A stretch of DNA of 22,646 nucleotides from contig NC_057728.1 of assembly GCF_004010195.1 (NCBI RefSeq), positions 42,909,552-42,932,197 on the forward strand. Reading direction: 5' to 3'. The notes under the pieces were generated by a model that did not search any database, had not been told where the DNA came from, and was given only the letters and a program-made list of their open reading frames with translations. Made by a program: the position numbers and the translations under genes. This document shows, one piece after another, positions 10,747 through 19,599 of the stretch (positions are counted from its first letter, which is position 1; the number at the start of each line of letters is the position of its first letter). Source of the DNA: Chiloscyllium plagiosum. Taxonomy: Eukaryota.

Positions 10747-11271
10747 ATGATGGAGATGTTTGAGACCAACCCTTTTTACTATCACGATCAACGCTATCTG
10801 GTGAGTGAAAGTATGGGCTTTCCGCACTTGGACGGGGCTGAGGTGTCTCCTCTCTACCCGGGAAGCGAGGATGGCCTGTCTCCAGTTGGAGACGCGAGTC
10901 AGGCGGAGCCGAGCTGTGACAGTGGCGGAGAGGAACATGTCTACGCTCCGCCCGGCCTGAAGTCGCACTGCCCGGGCCAGTGCCTGATCTGGGCTTGTAA
11001 AGCGTGCAAAAGGAAATCAGCCACCACCGACAGGAGGAAGGCGGCAACTCTCCGGGAGAGGAGGAGGCTCAAGAAAATCAACGAGGCTTTCGAAGCGTTA
11101 AAGCGCAGGACGGTGCCAAACCCTAACCAGAGGTTACCAAAAGTGGAGATCCTGCGCAGTGCCATCCACTACATTGAGAAACTCCAGGACCTGCTACATA
11201 GCTTTGACCAGCAGGATAAACTGCAGGAGAACGTGGACCCGATCAACGGCTGCAAAAGCTCCCATTCAATG
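10747..11271 (+). CDS. MYF6: Myogenic factor 6 (MRF4/herculin), exon 1 of 3: transactivation region, His/Cys region, basic and HLH domains (175 codons)
   Basis: MMEMFETN...SPLYPGS...[10 protein letters not shown]...[79 protein letters not shown] and [13 protein letters not shown] distinguish MYF6 from myogenin, MyoD and Myf5. ATG in GAGGATGA context at 10747; donor ATG|GTAAGC at 11272, phase 0. Confidence 0.96.
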
Positions 11272-11374
11272 GTAAGCGAGCATCAGGCACTGCCGCTATC
11301 CTCTGTGTGCTGCAACTGTTGGTGTGCACACTAGTGTGTGTCTACTGTCTAACCCGTTCTAAATGTCTTCACAG

Positions 11375-11471
11375 GTATCAACTCCAGGCTGCTGGGGAAC
11401 TAACAGCTGTCCTTCCGAATGGGGGAATCTCTCTGATCATTCGAATATCCCAAATAAACTCCACAAAGAGG
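11375..11471 (+). CDS. MYF6: Myogenic factor 6, exon 2 of 3 (97 nt)
   Basis: 103-nt intron 1 with branch-point-like TCTAAC (11348-11353) and acceptor tcttcacAG. Reads VSTPGCWGTNSCPSEWGNLSDHSNIPNKLHKE-G, matching the MYF6 C..W...SDHS...KEG pattern. Donor G|GTAAAT at 11472, phase 1. Confidence 0.9.
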
Positions 11472-11851
11472 GTAAATGCACTCCTGTCAATCGTTAAGTA
11501 ATCCAGCCACAGAAAGTACATATTTTCAAAGAGATTGCGGTCAGTCTGCCTCTCCAGTCGGCAGGAAGCTCTCAGTGTCAATAATGAACGAAATGTAACG
11601 CTTCGCAGAAGCAGCTTTTTGACGTGAAAAGTTGATCAAAACGAAATCAAGTGCTCGGGAGAGAGAAAACAAACAATCTGGAGGATTTTTTTTTAAACCT
11701 GGCGTTGTGTCTTTCCCAGTGTAAAGCGAGTTTGAGCACTGCGTTATTAATGTGGAGGAACATGGGTTAATGAGTCGCGCGAATTAGGAACACAGAAAAT
11801 TCTGACAATCATCATTAACTTGCTTGGTGTTGCCTGTTTTGTTTTAAACAG

Positions 11852-11967
11852 GGAATAGTTCGGAATCATCAGGCAGCAGCAGTCTTCATTATCTGAGCTC
11901 GATCGTCGACAGTATTTCGACGGAGGAGGCCACTACGCTCTATACCCAAGACACAAATGCAAAGTAA
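11852..11967 (+). CDS. MYF6: Myogenic factor 6, exon 3 of 3 (helix III), ending at TAA; full protein 245 aa
   Basis: 380-nt intron 2 with acceptor tgttttgttttaaacAG. Reads (G)NSSESSGSSSLHYLSSIVDSISTEEATTLYTQDTNAK*, containing the MRF helix III motif SL..LSSIVDSIS. 525+97+116 = 738 nt, frame consistent. Confidence 0.93.
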
Positions 11968-12335
11968 TCTGATTTATTACGAACCATTGGCTTGAGTTAG
12001 ATTTATATAATTGTTATGACGTCGGTTCGCCATAGCTGTACTTGCCTACCGAATAACTTCTTTTGCCGTGTTGTACCTACACTTCGATATTGTTTGAAAG
12101 TGTCGATTTTTAGATTTAAAGTATCATTCCCTTCAGATAAGGAAAAGGCCAAACATGCTAAACGAATTATTTGACCAAGATTAATTCTAAAATAAAGTTT
12201 GAATAACGTAAGTTGTAAATATGTTTGTAAAAAAAAACAAATTGTTCGCATATATCCAGCAATGTTTCGTAATTTTATACAGTAACTTTTTGTTTGTTTT
12301 AAGCAATATGGGTTTAGCATTCATTGTACAAACGG

Positions 12336-12341
12336 AATAAA
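12336..12341 (+). terminator. Probable MYF6 polyadenylation signal (alternative candidate at 12191-12196)
   Basis: AATAAA preceded by a TGTA element and followed by T/GT-rich sequence, ~370 nt after the stop codon. Confidence 0.6.
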
Positions 12342-13499
12342 AAAATCTCTATTTGATGTTTTCAATATGTCTGGGAGCCGTGTTGTGCGATCATTTACCA
12401 AAAGGTGTAGGACGATGAAGACTCGCCAGCATGGTAATAGTTTTTTACTCTCCGTTATCTATAACCTCCCTCTAATAGCCCAATACAGTAACATTACAAA
12501 ACGTATTGAATAATGTGAGAATTGCTTCATTTGTTCACAAATGATACAGTTGGATAAATATTCTAGCTCCTGACTTTTTAAAAAGCTATTTTAGTTGTAG
12601 TTTAAAGGCGTGTGTAGATTATTTTCTTAAAACTTTCGCTGTTGCAAATTTATTTGTTGAATCGCTACCCCATGTTAGTAAGCCCTAGTTGTTACCATTT
12701 CCAATGCGCCAGTGGTTTCAGGAACCCGAAAGGGAAAAGCGTTAAACATAAACGCACCATATGCCGAATAAACGGGTTTTAACTGGTGTTACAGTTATTG
12801 AATGAAAGTGTTTAAGCTCAAATCAAATACGACTGATATGAACATTTTAAAATGTTCGTACAACACTTCTAATTTGTTATATAGTGTGCACTATAGGATT
12901 GAAACCATCTCAGCAACAATCTAGTGGTGCATTAACGTGGCAGGCATTGCTGTTCTGGCAAAACCGCCTTGAAATTGCTTGGCTCACGTGGTGATTGTGA
13001 ATTTCACCAAGTTTGGCCAGAAGACCTCAACACAAGTGTTCTTTCCCTATGGTTAAAAACTCAAAGTGACTAGGAAAGAACTTCCAATCTTCAAAATATT
13101 ACATGGAAGCTGAATTGGAGAACGGGAGTATTTCAAACAGTACATGTACACAGTGCCGTGTGAAGCCAAGCTGTGACATTGTCAATTCAATCTTTCTTCA
13201 CTTTGCTATGGATTCAGCAATCCTCATTCCTGAATCCACACTCCCAGCTCAAAATGCTTCGCACCCAACATTGCTTGGCACCAACTTTTAACTTGACCTA
13301 AAATTTCACTGGTTCTGTTCACTGGCTTCTGTCTAGTAATGACAACTTGTGGAAATTTTATTGCAAAGTATGTTGATATATCTAAAACTAGAAAAATTAG
13401 GACCTGATTTACAAGCTCCGACATTTACTGATTCTTAAGTGCATGTATATTTAATGCTGGAGTTTACCCAACAAAATCACCCAATTTATCAGAAAGTGA

Positions 13500-13660
13500 C
13501 GGTTTGGCACAATGCTCCTGTGAAAGAGTTATTCACTTACTTCCTGCTCTTTCCCCATAATCCTGTATTTTTCCCCCACTTAAAAATGCTCTTCAAATTC
13601 TCCCACGCAAGCTATTATTGAATTTGCTTTCACCCATTTTTTTCAGACAAAGGCAAACAT
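13500..13660 (-). mobile_element. Possible old CR1 3'-region fragment
   Basis: ttcctgctctttccccataatcctg...attgaatttgctttcacc resembles the CR1 3' region at 4150-4250. Confidence 0.4.
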
Positions 13661-13720
13661 TTTATGCCTACTCATGTATTGTACATAAGATCATAAAAAC
13701 TAGGTGTATAACAAACATTA

Positions 13721-14071
13721 AGTGATACAGTAGCTCAGTGTTTAGCATTGCTGCCTCACAGCACAAGGGATCCAGTTTTGCTTCCACCCTCAGTGACGAT
13801 CTGTGTGGAGTTTACACATTTTCACCATGACTTCATGGGCTTCATCTGGGTGCTCTGGTTTCCTCCCACAACTCAAAGATGTGTAGGTTAGGTGTTTTGG
13901 CCATGCTAAACTGCCTACAGTGTCCAAAGATGTGCCAGCCAGGTGGACTAGCCATGGGAAATGCAGGGTTACAAAGTAGGGGAGTGTTTTTTATGTGGGA
14001 TGCTCTCCAGACAGTCAATGTGGACTTGATGGGCCAAATGGCCTGCTTCCATACTGGAGGGATTCTATGAT
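13721..14071 (+). mobile_element. HE1-type (V-SINE superfamily) tRNA-derived SINE
   Basis: tRNA-like head (TAGCTCAGTG A-box, gctgcctcacagc), V-domain-like ctgtgtggagttt...ggtttcctcccaca, an internal tandem duplication (aaagatgtg...aggtg...gccatg twice) and a CR1-like tail gatgggccaaatggcctg...gattctatga. Confidence 0.88.
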
Positions 14072-14338
14072 AAGCCCATTCAAGTGGGTCTGTTTTCGCT
14101 AAGGCCACTTTCTTGCCTACCCTCGATAATACTTGACTCTCGTGTGGATAAAATAGTTGTCTAACTCAGTTCCCTTAGTAACTTTATCTTGGTTAGACAA
14201 ATGTACTCTCAACTGCATTGATTACAGGCCCAATCTATTCAATCTTTCATCATAAGACAACCAATTAATCCCAGTAATCAGCCCAGTGAACCTTGTCTGA
14301 ACTGTTTTTTATCACAAGTTGATCCCTTCTTAAGTAAG

Positions 14339-14535
14339 TATCACACTACACCAAGTTATAGTCCAACAGGTTTATTTGGAAGTACTGTACTAGCTTTCAG
14401 ACTAGTTACCTGATGAAGGAGCAGTGCTCTGAAAGCTCGTACTTCCAAACTAATCAGTTAGACAATAACCTGGTGTTGTGCGATTATTAACTTTGTCCAC
14501 CCGAAACCAACACCGCCACCTCCACATCATGTCTC
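14339..14535 (+). mobile_element. Short fold-back non-autonomous Penelope derivative (same family as 6804..9374)
   Basis: Left arm (caccaagttatagtccaacaggtttatttggaag) is homologous to 6823-6860; right arm is homologous to 9257-9374. TSD CTTAAGTAAG at 14329-14338 and 14536-14545. Confidence 0.88.
14404..14443 (+). ncRNA. Minimal type I hammerhead ribozyme-like motif (best preserved copy in the window)
   Basis: TAC-CTGATGA(14410-14416)-A-GGAGC-AGT-GCTCT-GAAA(14431-14434)-GC-TC-GTA. Core intact, stem II of 5 bp with one G-U, stem I TAC/GTA, predicted cleavage after C14438. Confidence 0.7.
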
Positions 14536-15667
14536 CTTAAGTAAGGAGACCAAAACTGTATACAATACTCTAGGTAATTCATTAATGCCCTGTATAGATG
14601 GTGGAAGAGCTCCCAACATTTCTACTCCCTCCCGCATACAATCAAGAACCTTGTTGCATTTGCCCCCCAATTACTTGCTGTATCCCCATGTTAACTGTCT
14701 GTGATTCATTTTCAAGGAAACCCAGACCCCTCTGCACTGCAACATTCTACAGTCTCTCTACATTTAAATAATACAATGTATTTTTATTTTTTTCCTGAGA
14801 AAGTCAACATATTTTTCTAAATTTTACTCCATCTGCAAATTGTTTGCAAACTGAATTTCCATATCCCTTTGCAGACTATTTGTATTTTCCTCACAACTTA
14901 CTTTTCTACGTGGCTTTGTATAATTTTAAGTTTGAACACAATACTTTAGGTCTTTTCATCCAAATCATTAATATAGCTCATAAACAGTTAAGGCCCCAGC
15001 ACTGATCTCAGCAGCAGGCCACTTATTACAGTGTGCTAATATGAAAATTATCCATTTATTCTAAAGCTATTTTGAGTTAGTTAGCCAGTCATCTGTTCAT
15101 GCTAGTATATCCCCTCCAGTACTGTAAGATTTTATCTTGGACATCAACCCTTATCAAATGCCTTTTGGAAATCCAGACACATGACATCTATTGGTAGTCC
15201 TTTATTCACCTTTCTCCTTACCCTAATAAAATATTGATAATTATGGTTAGAGTTGAGTGGAAAAACCCTCTAATGACAAAGCTATCCGACAGCTCCCATC
15301 TATTAACGAGACAGGTTTGTTAATTGTCAATGGTATCTTGAAGTAAACCTGGAGTACATGATGGAACTATTGGATTAAGTGTTCCACTTTCCATTACACT
15401 TACCACTCTTCTTGAACAGGATTATCAACATTTGTTCATTGAGCAACCAAATGTTAAAGCTGAGGAGAAGGCATATGCATTTTTCTAAGAGAGTGGTAAG
15501 CAGCACAACTCAAGTTGAATGTGAGAATGCATTGCCTGTAATGTCCCAATTATGGCAAAGTCTAAACTTGCTAAGCAATGACATAGAAGCAATTTTGAAT
15601 GTTTAATAAAATAACGTGGTTAATTTAGTGAAATCAACAGAATAGTAATGCTTGATGTCAAATTATT

Positions 15668-16530
15668 AAGAACATGGGAACAGGTTAGTCTTCATGCATG
15701 CTCTACCATTGAGTGAGATATGGATAAGTAATGATCTAACTCTCTAGACCTTTATTTGCAAAATATCTCTTATTACAATTGAAACACAACAAATGTTCCA
15801 TCTCAGATTTAAAATATCTCTTATTACCATTGGTTCATAAAAAGTTTTCCATCTCAGATTTAAAATGAACCACTATTCCAGTTTAACTGTTACTTGCAGA
15901 AGTGAGTTCTAAATTCTACCACACTTCCTGTGCAAACGTGTTTCCAAAAATAATTTTGAAAGGACTGGCTGTATTTCTATTGGCTATGTCCCCTATTGCT
16001 GGATTCTCCTACTAGTGACAATAGTTACTTACAACCTATCCATCAATTCTCATTGGTTCATTGCAAATTTTGGTCAATTCATCACCTTAACCTTATAAAT
16101 TCCAGGAAATACAATGCTACTTTGTATATTCTCTACTTGTAATATAATCCTTGGAATCAACATATAATTCTAGCAAATCTATGCTGCATTCCTTCCAAGG
16201 CCAATATGTCTGTCATCAGTTGTTGTGTTCTGTGCTAAGCAAACACAATATCCCAGATGTGGTCAAATCATGGCTTTGTATAGTTGAACTATGACATCTA
16301 TATCATTGTATTCTAGTCCCCTAGATAAACAGACAACGCTCCATTAACTTTTTTAGATAATTTCATTGTGCATGTCTGTGATTCCCTCTGTCTCTTTGGA
16401 ACCATATGCCTTCTATCTTTTTACCATTTAGAAAGTAATTTGTTCTATCCTGTTTAGACAAAGTGTTTCATAATTGTTAACATTGGCATGCACTTTGCAA
16501 CAGACTCACCTATTCACTAAATTTATTCAC
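15668..16530 (-). mobile_element. Old CR1 LINE 3' fragment
   Basis: Minus strand LYKAMI*PHLGY at ~16246-16283; CR1-like tail at 15668. Confidence 0.7.
15760..15866 (+). repeat. Tandem duplication, 2 x 51 bp
   Basis: aaaatatctcttattac...ttccatctcagattt at 15760-15810 and 15811-15861. Confidence 0.9.
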
Positions 16531-17454
16531 ACCTTTGGGTACATTTTATGGAAGAGAGATGATTATATTCCACTCCAGTAGAAAAGTTGGTCTTGAGTAC
16601 ATCAAGTTTAAAAATGGCTGCCCTGCAGCAATAATATGTTGGACGCTGAATTAGCATGATCTCAAGCTCTCAAAAACAGAAATTCCCATCCTTGAAAGCT
16701 ACTAGACAATTGGATTTTCTGGTCCAGCTACATCATAACACAGTAACAGTTACTGCAGAGACTATAAGGAAACCTAGAGAAGATGATCAATGGATCCTGG
16801 ACTTACAAATAGGTCTGGGGCTATGGTCAGGATCCCCAGTGAGGTGGTTGAAGGGACTGGGAGTGGTCAGATTTGGAGGCCAAGCATCAACACATAAAGG
16901 GGATATACAGTAGGCACAGTCATACGAGTGGAGGAACATGCTTCCATCAGGCCTTCTACTCTGAGCTTGGAAAGTAGCAGGCTGATTATTTTCTTTCTGC
17001 CTAGTCCTGCATATCATATTATACTGGCATAGTTGAAAATAGGCACTTCAGTGGCCTTAAATTGATAAATGCCTCGGTAGACGTAAAGGTATGTAGGTTG
17101 GGTGACACTTTACTTGCCCATCATAATATGGGGGCAGATTATGGATCAGTGTAAAAAAAAGGATTAGCCCTGGTTGTATCAATGTACCCCCTTGCTTTTA
17201 ATTACACCAGTTTGGTGGGGGGGGGGGGGGCGGGGAAGCGATGATGGTATAAAATGTCCCTCCTTTTTGTAACTTTCTAGTTGTGGCTTTGCTTTTGACA
17301 ATGCTGCCCTGCTGTTAATGTATGTTTTGAGACCCCTGTACAGATCCTTCCAGAACATCATCATAAACTGAAGTAACCTTCCTCCAAGAGATGTTAGATT
17401 AATCAATCTATAATTCTCTATAGTGTTTCTCGCTCACAATTCTCAAATAGCTTA

Positions 17455-17755
17455 AGCAGTACTTTCCAAACCCATGACCACTGTTATGTAAAAGGACAAA
17501 GGCAGCAGATATATGGAAACATCACCATCTCCAAATTTCCCTCCAAGCTCACCATCCTGACTTGGATGTATATCGCATTCCTTCAGTATTGCTGTGCTGA
17601 AACCTTGGAACTCCCTAATGGCATTGTGAGTCTACCAACAGCATATGGATGGCAATAGTTCAACAAGGCCATTCACTTTTGCCTTCTCAAGGGCAATTAG
17701 AGATGGGCAATAAGTGCTGGCCCAGCCAGCAATGCCCATATCCCATGAATAATTT
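17455..17755 (+). mobile_element. 3'-end fragment of the L2/Crack-like LINE
   Basis: Homologous to 19380-19597 and to the reverse complement of 4990-5280; ends gctggcccagccagcaatgcccatatcccatgaat. Confidence 0.82.
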
Positions 17756-18223
17756 TTTTAAGTAAACAAATTTTAATCTAAACAAATGTCTCCTCAGTCA
17801 AAAGATCTTTGAAAGAATATCACGTGTGCTGGGATGTAAATCAGCTAATCCTGCTGGGGTTTTGTCACTAGTTAGCACCATCATTTTCTTTACTTCTATA
17901 AAGGTGCTTCCATTAACTTTAGTGAATTCCTACCCCAATTCAGTGTCAGTTTGCTTAGGACATCTGCATGCTGATGTCTGCCTCTACTGTAGACCTTGAT
18001 TCAAAGTAATTGTTAACCCAACAACCACTTCAGTCAACTACTCAAAGTTCTCCTTACTGGGTCCGGCACTAGTATTTGGACAACAGTCCCATAGACCCAT
18101 TACAACAGTTTGATATAGTCAGGCTCATTCAAGCATAGCTTATATCCAATGTCCCAGACTCCACCATCACCATCACAAGGTAACTCCTGGAAGGACACAG
18201 TCAAAAGAAGTCACACATGCATC

Positions 18224-18409
18224 TAGAAGAAAGTAAGGACTGCAGATGCTGGAAAGCCAGAGTCAAAAAGGGTGGAGCTGGAAAAGCACAGCAGGTCAGG
18301 TAGCATCAAAGGAGAGTCGACATTTCTGATGGAGGACTTGTGCCCAAAATGTAGACTCTCCTGGATACTGCCTGACCTGCTGTGCTTTTCCAGTGCCACC
18401 CTTTTCAAC
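18224..18409. mobile_element. Short fold-back Penelope-derived element (second family) with a 13-bp TSD and a decayed hammerhead at its centre
   Basis: Inverted arms 18260-18325 / 18347-18411. TSD TCACACATGCATC at 18211-18223 and 18410-18422. Centre CTGATGG-AGGAC-TTGT-GCCC-AAAA-TGTA, homologous to 9582-9608. Confidence 0.88.
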
Positions 18410-19597
18410 TCACACATGCATCCGCACAACAATGTGGAAAACTGTCCAGAGAAATCCTGTCGATAAAAAACAATACAAACCCAGTTGGTCACGTACCATA
18501 CTATTAGTGTACTATCAGTCATCAAAAAAATGATAGCAGATGTCATCAACGACAATGCATTCAAATATCACCTACACAGCAATAATCTGTTTTTGTGTTT
18601 GTGGCCACTTAGATTTAGACTTCATTCCAAACTCTGAATAAGTACAGATGAAAGAGCTGAATGCCAGAGGTGAATGAGAGTAACTATCTTCAACATGAGG
18701 CAGCATTTCACCAAGTATAGCATCAAGCAACACTTGCAAAATTAATGTCAGTTGAAATCAGAGTGAAAACTCACTACTGGTTAGAGTCAGACAGAGCACA
18801 AAGGAGGATGGTTTGTGGTTCTTGAAGACCATTCACTTCAGGCATAGGAGTTGGTTACATGAATTCCTCAGCATAGTCTCCTGGACCCAACTACCTTCAG
18901 AGGACGAATTAATCACTTTCACTCTAATGTTTGGGTGAGGATGTTCATATACGATTGCACATTGATCAGTTTCATTCACAACTGCTCAGATACCAGAAGC
19001 AGTCAGTATTCCCATGCAGCAAATCTGGATAACATTCAGGTTTGGGGAAATAATGTCATCACTGACAATCAATGAACAGCTCCAACGAAAGAGAATCCAG
19101 TAATTTCCCCTTAATATTGCCACCACTGAACTCCTCACCATTAACATTCTATAGATTACAATTGACTGAATTCTTAATAAAAAATCACGCAAGTATTGTG
19201 TCTATCAGGGCAGGTCCAAAGCAGTGGATTCTGCAGTGAGTAACCTTCCTTTGCTCCAGTCCAGATTCCACCCACACTTCATCCACTGACTACAATGGAC
19301 AAGTCAGGAGTGATGGGATTCTCTTGCACTAGTCTGTAAAATCTTCAAGCTGTGCATCAGCAACTCACTAAGTCTCCTTTGGCAGCACCTTCCAAACCCA
19401 CAATCTCTACCAACTAGACAGAGGGCAGCAAAAGCATAAGAACACAACAACCTACAAATTCCCTTTCATTTTGCACACATCCTGACTCAGAACTATATCA
19501 CTGTTCCTTCACTTGCTGTTGGGTCAAAAGCTTGGAACTCCCTCCCTAACAGCAGTGTGGCCTCACCTACAACATTTGAACAGAAGCTGTTCAACTT
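18410..19597 (+). mobile_element. Heavily decayed L2/Crack-like LINE RT region; 3' end cut off by a CR1 insertion
   Basis: Remnants of MWK, AAF..V.HQ, PQHSLLDP and the F.(A)DD region; 19000-19597 is collinear with the reverse complement of ~5080-5800. Confidence 0.75.
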
Positions 19598-19599
19598 TG

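Larger units (their letters stand above)
13684..15220 (-). mobile_element. Decayed CR1 LINE (RT to 3' tail), interrupted by an HE1-type SINE and a Penelope-derived hairpin element
   Basis: Tail cataagatcataa at 13684. Minus strand LEYCIQFWSPYL at ~14537-14572; remnants of DFQKAFDK (atcaaatgccttttggaaatcc, ~15153-15175) and of the GSVLGP motif at ~14995-15010. Confidence 0.8.

Noticed and set aside
10583..11165. Antisense ORFs of 154, 77 and 74 aa overlapping exon 1
   Set aside because: Expected shadows of GC-rich coding sequence; no recognisable domains.
11371..11380. AG|GT at the exon 2 start as a recursive splice site
   Set aside because: GTATCA is a poor donor, the introns are short, and skipping the 97-nt exon would shift frame.
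10747..11967. Alternative identity as myogenin, MyoD or Myf5
   Set aside because: [32 protein letters not shown] and the exon 2 SDHS motif fit MYF6. Myogenin has [24 protein letters not shown]; MyoD and Myf5 have ATMRE and RNAI.
12350..13500. Gli or TCF/LEF sites of a Myf5 early epaxial-type enhancer
   Set aside because: I found no convincing GACCACCCA-like or CTTTGWW match by eye, so no enhancer is annotated.
14531..14550. Perfect 9-bp hairpin GTCTCCTTA-AG-TAAGGAGAC at the element junction
   Set aside because: Largely explained by the TSD plus the self-complementary CTTAAG target; cannot be distinguished from chance.
9054..15866. CRISPR-like or other prokaryotic system suggested by the repeats and RT ORFs
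   Set aside because: There is no regularly spaced repeat-spacer array; the DNA is vertebrate, with spliceosomal introns, and all RT remnants belong to eukaryotic retroelements.
17217..17235. G14-C-G4 run as a G-quadruplex element
   Set aside because: An isolated homopolymer in repeat-derived DNA with no functional context; its length is also prone to sequencing error.
17250..18030. Additional very old minus-strand CR1 fragment (ENYRLINLTS-like at ~17390-17420)
   Set aside because: Only one short motif is recognisable and the boundaries cannot be supported.
18223..18564. ORFs on both strands sharing LEKHSRSGSI and LPDLLCFSS peptides
   Set aside because: A by-product of the inverted repeat, not a protein.
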